From Adineta vaga (taxonomy: Eukaryota > Animalia > Rotifera): 64,000 nt of DNA. The first letter of the stretch is position 1. Every line of letters starts with the position of its first letter. The translations under genes were made by a program, and so were the position numbers. The notes under the pieces are model-generated. The model saw nothing but the letters and a program-made list of their open reading frames with translations. It had not been told where the DNA came from and ran no database searches. Positions 51,373 through 63,772 of the stretch are shown piece after piece. Location of the stretch: the NCBI GenBank assembly GCA_021613535.1, contig CP075494.1, positions 16,182,001-16,246,000 on the forward strand, given 5' to 3'.

Positions 51373-51790
51373 TTATTCATTTTTTTTACTGTTTTCTAAT
51401 CTATCACATTTTGTAAGTGTACTCAAACGATGAGCAATATTAATCAATTGACATTGACCAATACTGAAATTATCACCACTTACACCAATACACATTTGTA
51501 AATCGTTCGAATGATTATTAACAAATTGTTTTAATTGTACATCTTCAAGCACTTTCCAACATTGTTCATCAAAATATTGATCAATAAATCGAAAAAGACC
51601 TTTGATTAATGATGATTTCCCAGCATCTATACACATATAAGTAGATGAAAAGAGAATTTTTTTCGGTTTATCCATAAATAAAAAATATACCAGTTCGACC
51701 AATAATACCAATTTTTTGTTTTGATTCAATTATAAGATTGATATTTTTAATAGCAGATTGTAAATGAGAACGATGTCGTAGAGAATAATT
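51373..51790 (-). pseudogene. ABCC-type ABC transporter NBD2 remnant
   Basis: GIIGRTG, AGKSSL, FSIGQCQLI and IAHRLSTL motifs fused by internal deletions. Confidence 0.75.
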
Positions 51791-51826
51791 TCGAAATTTT
51801 ATTGTTCCATGAGTTGGGCGATTTGC

Positions 51827-51877
51827 TGAGAGTGTGGGTGCGAGACCACACTTTTAACCCACACCCTCATCCACCCT
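51827..51877. repeat. Telomere-like G/C palindrome
   Basis: TGAGAGTGTGGGTG...ACCCACACCCTCATCCACCCT. Confidence 0.88.
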
Positions 51878-53119
51878 ACCGAAGTCTATGTCTTCTTCGT
51901 GCCATATCTTTATTTCTTATAACTTGTCAAGATTATCCATTATGTGTAACAGAAGAATTAAGTATTTATAAGGCCAGTCTGTTATACTCACACCCACAGT
52001 AAATGCGTTTTTGACGCATCTAAGCGTTTCTAGTGGATAAGGCAGAACGTCAGTGCGTATCTTCACTCGTCCTCACATTTATTTCCACTCTTGAAAAATG
52101 AATATTCAGTAAAATATGGTCTTATTCGTTGTATGAACACCATGAGGCTTTCAAAAATCTTGATAACGTATTATTCTATGAGTAAGTCCACTATAGCGAG
52201 GTTCATTTCTAGAGAGTCAGCTTTTTGCAAAAAGTGCTCCGTTGCATTGAAAATCTCATTTGTATGGAACTGTTCACGATTAGAAGTTCTAATGTAGCAA
52301 AATATGAAACTTGTCTACCATTTCTTGTGAAAAATTGTTGGTTAATTGTGCAGAAAATGTTATAAAAAGCAAATTAGATGATCAATAAAAATTTCTTTTG
52401 GGTTTGACGGGCGTGAGTCATGAAATTTACTGTCCTTCACATCTTTGGTGTCTTGTATGGAAAAAGTGAGCAGTATAATGAGAGGTGATGTTGACCTTGA
52501 TTTCTGTTTTGTTTTAAAAGAAGTTGTACATGTGAGTTTTTTCAAATATATTGCAAGATTTTTGCATTATCTTTCTGTAAAAGTAAAATTTTTTAAGAAT
52601 GCAGATGAAATGTAAGATATCTAAGCAACGGATTCGCTTAGGTATGCGTTCCAACTCTGGTCACACTACTTTCAACTGGAAATGGAATAGCTTCATCGGT
52701 TTCCTTCGTAATCTCAATATCTCGCTCATCCACATCCTCACTCAGTATTAGCGGAGTATTACAGTACAGGAGTAGTGTTCTTTTCTTCTTGGATTTTATC
52801 TGGATAAAACCTGAATTTCTAAGAAAGTACAAAAAAGAACTGAAGTTGCTTTCAGGTGAGGACGCTTTTTCTGTTTTGTAGAAAGCTGTTTTTTTAGAGT
52901 ATAGAGTATGCGGTAGTTACTTTTAATATCTATCTGTCCTTGGATATTTTTTCTTCCTAGTGTAACAATAATTACTGAGATAAGCCTTGCATTCTTTTGT
53001 TTGCTCTTTTTTTCTTGTTTCTTATCTAATAGGTATAGACATAGATGATAAAGATGCGATGCTCGAGATGAAATCTATTACAAGAGTACAAACACTCATT
53101 GTGACTATCTTCCAACAAA

Positions 53120-53644
53120 ATGATCTCTATTAACGAGAAATCATTGCTTTATGTTATGATGGCAGCTATTGGACTTTCTACACTATTCTGCTTACTTGGT
53201 CTTGTAACACCAGGTTGGGGTGTGGATGTACGTTATAATGAGATCGTAGGCGCATTTGTTTTCAGTCCTAAAACACTTATAACGAATGCATTTGCTGGTG
53301 TCCTAACTATTATGTCATTGCTTCTCTTGATTGCTTGTATTACTGTATTAGGCCTAATCTTTACACATAAATTGAAACATCGATATGCACCTGTTGGAAT
53401 GGTTGCCTTATTGATTGTTACAACATTGTTCTTACTTGGCACGTTTTCATCGTTCTTCTCTGGAGCCTACACCTACTCGATCAAGTTGATGATAACAGCA
53501 TTCACATTTACGTATTTGACATCGATTATCGCAACCTACTGGTTAGTTATTGCATATGGTGATTTATCCAACATAATCACAAAACCTGCCAGTTATCAGC
53601 GTGATCCTGATGTAAACAAGAATGAGCCACCGGAAGCCTTCTAG
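53120..53644 (+). CDS. Four-TM claudin/PMP22-like membrane protein
   Basis: 174-aa intronless ORF with 4 hydrophobic segments, TPGW after TM1 and YTYS before TM4; AATAAA near 53675. Confidence 0.75.
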   Translation: MISINEKSLLYVMMAAIGLSTLFCLLGLVTPGWGVDVRYNEIVGAFVFSPKTLITNAFAGVLTIMSLLLLIACITVLGLIFTHKLKHRYAPVGMVALLIVTTLFLLGTFSSFFSGAYTYSIKLMITAFTFTYLTSIIATYWLVIAYGDLSNIITKPASYQRDPDVNKNEPPEAF

Positions 53645-53745
53645 AGTAGCAATGATATATTTCATTTTTTTCACAATAAAGTTGTGTATCAGAGGATTGA
53701 TACTATCGGCATGTAATTATTTGCTGTTAACAGTTTCTGTACTGT

Positions 53746-53775
53746 CGTGGATGAAGGCTGAACACCCACACCTTC
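53746..53775. repeat. Telomere-like G/C palindrome, short
   Basis: CGTGGATGAAGG...ACACCCACACCTTC; 102 bp after the stop at 53644. Confidence 0.6.
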
Positions 53776-53789
53776 TATAAAGGTACCAG

Positions 53790-54080
53790 AGGTTTTAAGT
53801 GATTCACATGAAGAACATTTAAATTTAGCTGAAAGTTATAAATGTCTTGCTACGATATATTATTATTTGATGAAAAAGCTCTAATAATTCATTTGGAAAT
53901 TATTCCAGATGAAGAATTAAATAAAGAAAAACTATATCATAGTGCAGGAAATATTAAATGAAGAACTTAACAAAGTTGAAGAAACGTTTAGTTTTTATCG
54001 AAAAATATTTGAAATCTATGAAAAAGTCTATCCTTACAATTGGGAAGAAGCTGTATTTAAGCATCAAAATTTACTAATGT
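53790..54080 (+). pseudogene. TPR-like fragment
   Basis: HEEHLNLAESYKCLATIY...KAL...EIYEK; no complete gene seen. Confidence 0.35.
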
Positions 54081-54736
54081 GAGATATTAATCGATGTTTA
54101 TTACGAATGCTTTGTATTATTAAGAAAACTGATGATCTGAACAAATTTGACGAATATTATCAAAAATATAACAAAGATCATGAAAGAGGAAAAAACAATT
54201 GAATAAGAATACGAATACGAAAGAAACGAATGGAAAAAACAATAGTATATGCTCGCGTTAGTCACTGGTAGAAGTACATAAATAACCTTGGTTATATATA
54301 AAAGAGAATGAAAAACAACAAGTCTCTTCACTCATATTGGTTTGTTCTAATACAAAAACGTACATTTCTTTATTCGTCCATTAAACGGAATGAAAGATCG
54401 GGATAATAAGAAGATATGCAAACGAGAGCTGTACAATATAATCACATATTATAAAAATTCAGACATTATTTTATTGATGATTAAATTGAGTGAAAAGAAA
54501 TAATCAATGAAGTTTATGAAGTAATTTTGTATAAATACTGGAGGAATTACGTTTTTAGTTTGCAATAACTCTTTTGTAAAATGTAGAATATTAATTTTCA
54601 TAAGTAGAAAGCAATGAGTAAAATAAGTAATATATCTCTTGAGATAAATTTATTCAATAACGAAATAAAATATCAGTGCGTATAATATTCATATATAAAT
54701 GCAAATGGAGAAAAAGCTGATTTATATGATTTAACG

Positions 54737-54993
54737 ATGGCTTCTTGTCGAACTGTACTCTTTGCTATTACTTTATTTTGTCTATTAATGCTTTTCAATA
54801 TTGGTAGAAAATTAACACATTTGATATACTCTACTTATTATGTTTTATAGGTGTGGAAGGTTCATGTAGCGCATGGTCACTAGAATTTGGCCGAATCGCT
54901 AATGGCCAATGTCGTGCCTTATGTCTTGCTCATGAAAGAAACGCTGGAACATTATCATGTGGCAAAAAATGGTGTTGTCTCTCACGTATTTGA
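54737..54993 (+). CDS. Secreted beta-defensin/big-defensin-like peptide (69 aa)
   Basis: Exons 54737-54803 and 54851-54993 give MASCRTVLFAITLFCLLMLFNIGVEG-SCSAWSLEFGRIANGQCRALCLAHERNAGTLSCGKKWCCLSRI*. Six Cys in the mature part with GxC and a terminal CC. TATA-like tatataaa near 54692; AATAAA downstream. Confidence 0.8.
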
Positions 54994-55090
54994 TGAAAGT
55001 TAATACACATTGTTTGACTAAAATCATAATAAACAAGCGCGATTATTCTTTTAAAATAAATTTATGAAATAAATCATTGTTATTGACATA

Positions 55091-55149
55091 GAGGGTGTGG
55101 GTGGATGGATGTATCTCTTTTTCTTTCATACCTTCACCCATCCACCCTT
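55091..55149. repeat. Telomere-like G/C palindrome
   Basis: GAGGGTGTGGGTGGATGGATG-tatctcttt...-CACCCATCCACCCTT; 98 bp after the defensin stop. Confidence 0.9.
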
Positions 55150-55676
55150 CTTTGTTTGATAATAAAAAAAGGCGCTAGTAGTATATTTTGCAACTGTTTA
55201 AAACTTCTTTTCATCTTTTGTTAGATAGTGTTAAACAAGTCACATCCTACTTTCTTTGCTCTGAACTGGTTCGTATTACATATATGTATGTTACTTTCTA
55301 TTATCCATCTGATTCTCGATTTAAAAGAATAAAAGGAATCTTGACAAAATACGGATGACAAAAGACCAGCTGCTATTGAAAAGCCATCGGCAAGCGATTC
55401 ACGTCTTCATCTAAGTGTTCGTCACTTTCCTTGTCTTACTCCACAAACATCGCAATCTCAAAGACAGTATGTTGTTTACGCATCCCACAGTGTTTTGGGT
55501 GGTTTTGACAGATTTTAGGGTTAAAGGATGGGATTTAGAGCAAATTTGATGTTTGAAATCGATAGAGTTCATCAAATTCTACTTGGAACCAGTGAGACCA
55601 GAATTGGAACACATATGTGTGCGAATTTGTTCAGGAAAATATCGAATCTGTATCTAAGGTGTCCTGCGTCCCGCCG

Positions 55677-55707
55677 ACACCCTCACCCGCACCCGCATCC
55701 ACACTCA
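55677..55707. repeat. Telomere-like C arm (G arm degenerate or distant)
   Basis: ACACCCTCACCCGCACCCGCATCCACACTCA; 130 bp beyond the FABP stop. Confidence 0.75.
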
Positions 55708-55836
55708 TAAGTTAAATGACAATTTGATTTGTTTAGAAGAAATGTTTATTTGAGAGGATAAAAGATTTCGTTACAGATGGGAAAAGATTTACGGATCAAA
55801 TATTTGACATAAATACGATAAAAATAATCGTATGAA

Positions 55837-56424
55837 TTAATCAACACGTTTGAAATAACGATGAGCTTTAACCGAACCACATGTTAAATCCTTTGAAAAA
55901 ACAGAAATGATTATAAAAGATGGAAAGAAATGAAATTTAACATACAACTTGTTGTTGACCTTGATCATTTATATAACGAACAGCTGAACATTCTTTTCCA
56001 TCTTTTCCTTTCATTGTATGTTCCATTTTATTCCCTTGAATTCGAACAATTGCCTAAAAATATTAAATGAAAAAAAAAGACGAAAAAAATATAAATTTCA
56101 GATCGAACTTTGACTTCACGTCCATCCATTGTTGTTTCTTCAAATTCAACATCGGGTTGAAACTCAACTGTTTTTGTTCTCAATGTACTTTCGGATCGAA
56201 TTGTCCATTTTCCGCCATTTTCATTAATAATAAGACGAGATTTCATATTTTTAACTGCCATACGTTTCGCCATTCCAACGCCAAGTTCTTTTAAAAATTC
56301 GTCCATATTTTCATCATTTATCTAAATGAAAAATAAGAAGAATGTCTCTAAAATAGATTCATAAGAATAAATTTACTTGATTCCATGTTCCTTTCAATGC
56401 TTCGATATCTTTGCTATTCGACAT
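55837..56424 (-). CDS. Fatty acid-binding protein (FABP/lipocalin family)
   Basis: 4 exons: MSNSKDIEALKGTWNQ / INDENMDEFLKELGVG...FEETTMDGREVK / AIVRIQGNKM...QQV / DLTCGSVKAHRYFKRVD*. Confidence 0.93.
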
Positions 56425-57089
56425 TTGTTGACGAGAAGATCTGTTAAAAATGCAACGACATAAAAGAAAACTAGGAGAAAATGAGCGTTTATATTGAAGT
56501 TGACAGAAAGGAAATCCGCCAACGTCAAGCAAAAGTACGTTCTTAGAGATGTTCTTCGACAGGAAGAAAAAAGTACGTTTCATGTCATAAATAAAAGAAC
56601 ATGTTACTAATAATTGTTCTTGTTTTAAAATCATCAGGTCACATTCAATTACTTTTTTTTCCTGTTCTTTAGATTATTTTCAGATAAAAAAATGACATAC
56701 TTTTATTTTATGTATTTATGTCTTTTATTTACACGAATTTGTTGACTTTTTTATGATTAACAGATAATAAAAGTATTTTTGAGTATACTCACAAACAAAT
56801 AAGTTGATTAAGATTTTCATTACATCGATGTCAATTAAAGATATTTTATTTTAAAACAAAATTTATTTTGTGATATGAGAGGTAAATTGTCATTCGTTTC
56901 TCTACGCCCAGTCTATTTCATACTACATTAAAATTACCGTTGCAAATTACTTTTTTTATAAAAGTTGTGACTTTTTTCAAAAACAAGAAAAAAGATTTGT
57001 TAAATTCATTTGAGACTTTAAAATTAATGTATTTCAGACACTGAAATAATCTCATCGAATAAAATTCGTGGATACAAGAACATTTTAGA

Positions 57090-57600
57090 ATTTATTTACA
57101 ACTTAAATCAAATCTGTGGATTCGATGATTTCCAATATCAACAACATAAAGATTTCATTAAATATTAAATGATAAATCAGCAGGGCAATGCAATTGATCT
57201 GATTTTTCTTCTTCTTCTTCATTTCCTTCAACAATAATTTCACCTTCTTGGTTTCTTTCACACCCACCCATTATTCGATCATTATAACTATCTGCAATAT
57301 CAATTTGACCAGAATCATCGACATGTATTCGATGAGGAGAATTCGATTGATTCAGATTATTTCCTTCACCATTTCTACCAGCAACAATAATTCCTTCTTT
57401 CGCCATTTTTTTTTCCAATTTATTGCACGATGAATTTTCTCAATCTGAAACATGAATTGATTGTTTATCATCAACAAATATGAATGTTGATTCGTTGAAT
57501 TGATTAAATTGATTTACCTTTCCATTTTCACCAGCTGTCTATCTTCTCACTTAATGTTTCTCCACATCAGTAACGTAAAGAAACCCATCTTTATCGAGCA
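57090..57600 (-). pseudogene. NHL-repeat pseudogene
   Basis: DKDGFLYVTDVEKH, IVAGRNGEGNNLNQ, IADSYNDRIM and LYVVDIGNHRIHRF in broken frames; the 5' side abuts a transposon. Confidence 0.75.
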
Positions 57601-57626
57601 GTTATCCTATCTGCGATGTTGAACAT

Positions 57627-58688
57627 CCCTGATCAACCAATCCGATGACCCGACAGAATCCTATAGGATTCCTAGTGACGGAATCGAATAGGAATCCGAC
57701 AGTCTGAATCCAATACACTTCCGATAATATTCGATGAATTTAAAAGAATCTGCAAATACCTAATTTCTTTGTATTTTCTCGGATTCAAAATCCTTTACTT
57801 ATATTTCCTATATGCTCGATTAGAGTATGATTTGTTTCGACTGGTTTAGGATGGAATGCTGATTATGTAGATTTTATAGTGGCTTAAGGAAGGGATGGAG
57901 GAAATGGATCGGTGTAGGAATGTGATTTATTTCTCTGGCTCTCAGAATCGTATGGGATGAAATGTATGAAAGAATGCCAATGTCAAAGTTGTTTTGTGGA
58001 AAATTAATCGAGTGTTTCGGAGAAAACTAAACATTTTTTGCGGGATATAGGTGGAAATGTGAGTTTATGTTTGCGTTTCTTCTGGGTATATCTTTCTGAG
58101 TTGTTGGGCATAGCTGGCAGTGCTAATTATTTTCATAGGCAGTATTGGTACATCAGTAGGTCGTGTTTGTTTGGGGAATGCACGAAGCTGGCAGTTATAT
58201 TAGTTAAGCAAATGTTTTTGGTGGGAATTTGTGGTTTTAGAATACGACAAAGGTACATATCTGTTGTTATGCTATGCGTAGGTTTTTGAAGAACCCTGAC
58301 TGTTGCCGTAGCTATAGTTGTCAGGGTTGTGGATGCCGTAGACTTTTGCTTATGATACTCACTGATTAATTTATGAAGTATGAAATAAGACAAATATGCT
58401 CTGGTTAAAATGTGAACGGTTCAAAAATATGAATTTTATTGGGAGTTAGGTAACATATATTCATAAATAGCGTCAAACAGTTTGGATATCGTATTTCACG
58501 TTCATCTAATGCGTCTTTTTGGTTGTTCATAATATTCATTTTGAGATTTATGTCCGAATTCGTCGATCCGACGGATTCCAATGCGATTCTGTCACCAGGA
58601 ATCCGATAAAATCCTAAAAGAACATACAGGATCCGGTAAAATCGTATGCTTTTCGATCAGATCCGAGTATGAGATTGGTGGGCCTGGG
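57627..58688. mobile_element. Non-autonomous EnSpm/CMC-like DNA transposon
   Basis: Ends CCCTGATCAACCAATC / GATTGGTGGGCCTGGG (12/16 IR), 2-bp TSD AT, subterminal GGAATCC/CCGAC repeats. Confidence 0.7.
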
Positions 58689-58932
58689 ATTTCGAAACTA
58701 ATTCTGACCTAGGAATCAATTTCCACTCATTCCTGGAATTGCGTCGTGTACTAATCGGTTGATCTCACTACACATAGCAATAGATGACGGTGAGAGGTGA
58801 GGATATGATTCCGGAATCGAGCGGAATTTGATCGTTAACCAATTTATCTAGTAATTGAAGCAGTACGGGATTCCGGGAATTGGTTGGATCTGACTCCGAA
58901 ATGTGCAAAATCGTGAAATAGTAACTATTCTC

Positions 58933-61597
58933 AGTATTTCGGAAAAATTGATTGTTAATATAATATTCTATGTGAAAGTACTGAAAAAATAGGTATAATT
59001 AAAAGTAAAGAAAGTCCTTGTATTCCATATTTGCATATTTGGAGTAACAAGAATAAATTTCATCGTTCCATTGTCAAAATTCAAAAGCATAATTATTATT
59101 TTATCTCTGTTAATGTTTCTTTGTTCTGGCTAAATTCATTGCTGGAACAACATCCACACGAGCTCCTCTTCCTTGACACAAGATCCATAAAAAACTAAAA
59201 CATTTCTTGAATTCTTTCCGAAATAATGTTGAAGTTAAGCAATGAACATAGAAGTTTATCTAAATAGAATCAAATCAGTTTCATTTCTCTAATACTTTAT
59301 ACTTACTGCATAATTAATACCCAAAAACCATGTTAAAATTACAGATAAACTTGTGATAAATGGAATTCTCAGATCATCGGAACCTAACACCACATAAACA
59401 TACAGAATACGATAGACACCAATCTGAACAGTTGTAATGAAAAATATGATGACAGTTGACAGCATGAGAAGAAATAATTGGTTTTGTAGACGACTGTTAT
59501 GTCTAACTGTCTCATTTCGATTTTGACCATGGATTTGTTGTTGATGTATAGCCTTTTTTTGAAGACGTAGCTTGATAAAAATATCAACAATAAAAAATAA
59601 TATTAATGCAGCAGGAACAAGACAACTGATCGATGACTATCAATGACATGAACTTAAATTAATAAATGATCAATATGAAAATATCTTACTTGTAGAATAG
59701 GCCATGTTAGATAATAAAAATTGACAAAATCATTTGGGAAACCCAACATTGGTATACAGTCAAAATATGGCATGACAGAACCGGTCGATCCAAACAATGG
59801 TGTTAAGAACACGACATGAAGACCTATGGTGATACTGCATAGAATAACTATAGCTCTCAAAGCTTTCTTTTGAGTGCAAATAGCAGGTGATTTGTATGGA
59901 AATCGTGTGCGAATCCATCGATCCATTGCAATAATGACAAGAATCCATGCTGAACAGAATTGACTCGCCTTCATAAGAAACTCACGCCAGCGACATATAA
60001 AATTGAGATCAATGCGTGTATCCAGTTGAAACTGTAAACCATAATCAATAAAATCAAAAATTAATGCAGATAAAAAGCATATATCTGAGATAGCTAAGGC
60101 AATGTATAATGTGCCAGTTGAACTCGCTCTTAGTATTGGTCGAGTAAATGTAAGTAGACTAGCACTATTGCCAGTATAACCAAGAATGAATAAACTCAGG
60201 TAACCCCACGAATAAAATTTGGTAGCAAGAGGTGGAAAGAAATAGTCATTAAAGGCGATTTTATAGTGGGACTGAAGGAGCACAGCAGATGTATTTTCCA
60301 TATTGTTGAAAACCAATTTATTCTAATTAATAATAGAATATAAAACAGAAGACTACAGTAGACGTATATATATATTCTTTTTCTCTTTTTTCTCCTCATT
60401 TTTTTCTCATTTTCTCTTCTTATCATAACTCTAGGTTATAATTACGTGAAGAGAGAAGGAGCGATTATCCATCATTGAAGATTTCGCTCGAAAAAATCGT
60501 TGGAAGAATCTGACCGAGTACATATAGGAACGAGACGTTGGCCGAAAAAAAACGATAAAATATGCTCAAGGTATAGGCAGAATACTAGACATGATTCTTT
60601 TCTTTCAGTTTGTAGACGCTTCATTGATTCAATACTTATATCTTCATCAGATGACAGTATAGAAGTCTAAAAAGTCTTTCAAAGCCTAAGTTTTGTGTTA
60701 GAGATTGAGTGACGAAAAAAATGATATATTAATTGCGACCATAAAATTGAGTTTTTCGATGGGATTATGAGACATCTCTTAACAATTAGAAAATCTTAAG
60801 TATTATAAATATTATGACGCACATTCTTCTTGAGTTCTTGAAATGCTTTTCATATAAACATGTCATAATTATGCCGTAAACACAGCTTAAAATGTCAGAC
60901 AAAAATTAGAATATAATTAATTTCAGATTATGATTTCTTGTAATGCTTATTCGCGCATACAAAATTATTATGAAAATAAAAAATTGTAATAAACTCTTTG
61001 CTAATGAAATATCTGTGACAGACAAACGTTCAATAAAGTGAAAATGTAAATTTAACCAAAGAAAAAGATCGTTATTAACAGTGTTTTAGGGTATAATAAT
61101 CTTTCAAATAATTCATTATGGATCGTTTAGGGTGCCTCATCAGTAAGGAAACAAATTCTAATTTTGAATTTTTTTCTTATAGATCTCTATTTAGTTCTCA
61201 TATTTATACGACAGATATTAAATTCTGTTGAATGAAATGTAATGAAGTCAGGAAAAAGCGTTACATCCCTGTCTTTCTCCTTATTTTTCATTTCATCCTT
61301 TTAATCCTTTGGAAGAATATATAAGTCGTTATTTCGTATGAGAATAATGTGACATGTGGTATGAAGAAATAAAGGAGAGCGTAGCTTCATCAACGCTGGA
61401 GTCTCTTCTATCTAAAATCGTCTCATGAAACATGTAACATCTGCACAATATCTTTGTATGAGAATTTGTTTCCAAAGCGCACAAATTTGAAATAATGATC
61501 GGAAAGAAAATATGTCTGATAGCTAGGCATGCACTAACACCAAAATTCTTGGTTTCGACTGAGTTTTGAGATATAAGTACAACACCAATATTTTTAT
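58933..61597. repeat. Direct duplication, copy 2 of 40565-43386
   Basis: Collinear near-identity with copy 1. Confidence 0.92.
59101..60301 (-). CDS. Rhodopsin-family GPCR, copy 2
   Basis: Same exon structure as 40723-41923; first exon about 95% identical in amino acids by eye. Confidence 0.88.
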
Positions 61598-61754
61598 TCC
61601 CTCGACTGAAACGAGTGTCATATGAAAAAAAGGTTTGCATGTATGTATGCAGAGGTGTAAGATGATCTGCGGCGGCTAGAAAATTTATAAAAAGAAAATT
61701 TTTTTTCAAATGGAAAACATCCTTTTTTCCTTTTCTGGAAGAAAGGGTTATAGC

Positions 61755-62281
61755 CAGAGTTGCCAGACGTTCCGGATTTTACGGAACTCTTCCGGCTTCC
61801 GGATTTCTTCCAGATTTTCGACTTTTACATCTAGTATCTCTGGATACAGATGATGAGAATGATACAGATTTAAAAGTAATACTTTTGGAAAAGAAATTCA
61901 ACCTGATCAACTGTGAACGATGTTTTTACCGATTGAGTTAACGCCTTCACGTTCATCCCGTTTACATAAATTAATTTATTTCTTACTATCGATCCAATGT
62001 AGTAATACATTTGTTGAAAATATTATCTCACGAATGAAACATTTATTCGATGATAAATGAAATCGATTGTCAGCAAAATTTGTTAGATCTCAATTAAAAA
62101 CTCCTTTCAATTGTTTCTTATTGAGTAAAGAAGTTTGAATTCGAATCTTTTCATCGAAACCAAAATTGCTCAAGTTTATTTAGTCTAATGAAAACAAATT
62201 GTTGAAAAAATGTGTTAATTTAATCTTGGAAGACCTTTTCGGCATTTTCCGGATTTTTTACTTTTACATCGGGCATCTCTG
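61755..62281. mobile_element. Non-autonomous hAT DNA transposon
   Basis: TIR CAGAGTTGCCAGACGT / ACATCGGGCATCTCTG; perfect 8-bp TSD GTTATAGC (61747-61754 and 62282-62289); subterminal TCCGGA repeats. Confidence 0.88.
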
Positions 62282-63772
62282 GTTATAGCATCATAAATAC
62301 CGTCGTTAAAATTCGTAAAGTTTGTTTGTATAGTCCAATCAGATTGCAGCGTTTTATAAATCAATAAAAACTTAACGATGGTCATCAGGAAAGGGTCGAC
62401 TTGTGGGTTTTCGGGGTCGAGGAACTCGAATCTAATGTTAATTTAAGGTGAGTCATTATTTGTGACCTATTTTGCTCCGTCTCTCCCAAGAAATTCAATA
62501 TTTGACGGATTTTTGTTCAAATTCGATCAAAAGTTATCGATAATAATGAATTTGAACCTGATACTATTTACGACTTCCGACGTACAGTATTTAGTAATAA
62601 CTCCATAAAAAGCTGTAGTTCAATTAATCGGGAAAATATATACGAGACTTACATCAATTTTGAATAAATAAATTTGCGTCACCGAATACTAGACGTTAGA
62701 TCATCTGATATAGTTTTCCGAGAAATATGTGGATAAAAATTGAATGAATGCTTGTGGTTTTATTGTTGGCTCTAGCTAGGCATTAAAAATAGAAGTAACA
62801 TTCCAGACATGAGAAAAACTAGTCTAGTCGAATATTCTCTAGTTCTAGCGACTCATAAAATAGTACCTCGTCTATTTAGGTTCTTTCCGAGAATCATAGT
62901 AATACAAAGTCAGTGCCTTTTGAAGAAAAGACCAAAGGAAATTCACTTATTTGTTTTGAAACTGAATCAAAAGTAGACGAAACAATGAAGGCGTTCATGT
63001 TAACGGCTAGACGTTGATTTAGAGAGTGATACTTCAGAATATGGATTTGAATGACTTTCACGTGGTTTGGACGTTTCTTCGGAGGCACTTAATCGATGAT
63101 CTGCGAGAACGAATCTGACAAAGTTCTGTTTCCTGGAAATGAAAAGGAGAATGAAATATACAGTAGAAACAACGCGATCAGATCCATGAATATTTATAAA
63201 CAATACTTGTTTTTGATCTTCTCTTTCTGTAAACGATTTAATGATAACATGAAATGGTGAAAAGATGAAAAACACTTGTAAAAAGCTTTTATGTGTAATA
63301 AGTGCTCCTGGTCATAATGTTTGATGGATAAACACTTAGACTGTGTTACTCATAAATATAATTTGTAAGCAGAGTCATATATGTGACGAAGTTTGAATTA
63401 CAACGAATGGTAACCAAAATAAAACTATTCCTATCTATTTCTGTGTGAAGTATAATCGCATATAGATAATATTCTTATTCTATGGGGGAAACTCTAGATG
63501 AAGTTTCGTGATTTATTTTCGAAATGATATCAAATAGCTGAATGCGTATTTATATTCGAATTCAAATTAGGCAGCTCATGTGCTTTTCACACATTACCGG
63601 TAAGGTTTCTTTTTTTTATCAAATGATAAACCATTTGGATAAGTCAATTGATATGATTCATTTCCACCAGCAATAATTTCATCTTGTGAACAACCTTTAC
63701 ACCAACGCATAATTCGATGATTCATGTTATCTGAAAAATAGATTCGTTCTAATTCATCTACAACAACACCTC

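Noticed and set aside
62330-63300. Possible transposase remnant
   Set aside because: Short broken ORFs with no catalytic motif I can recognise.
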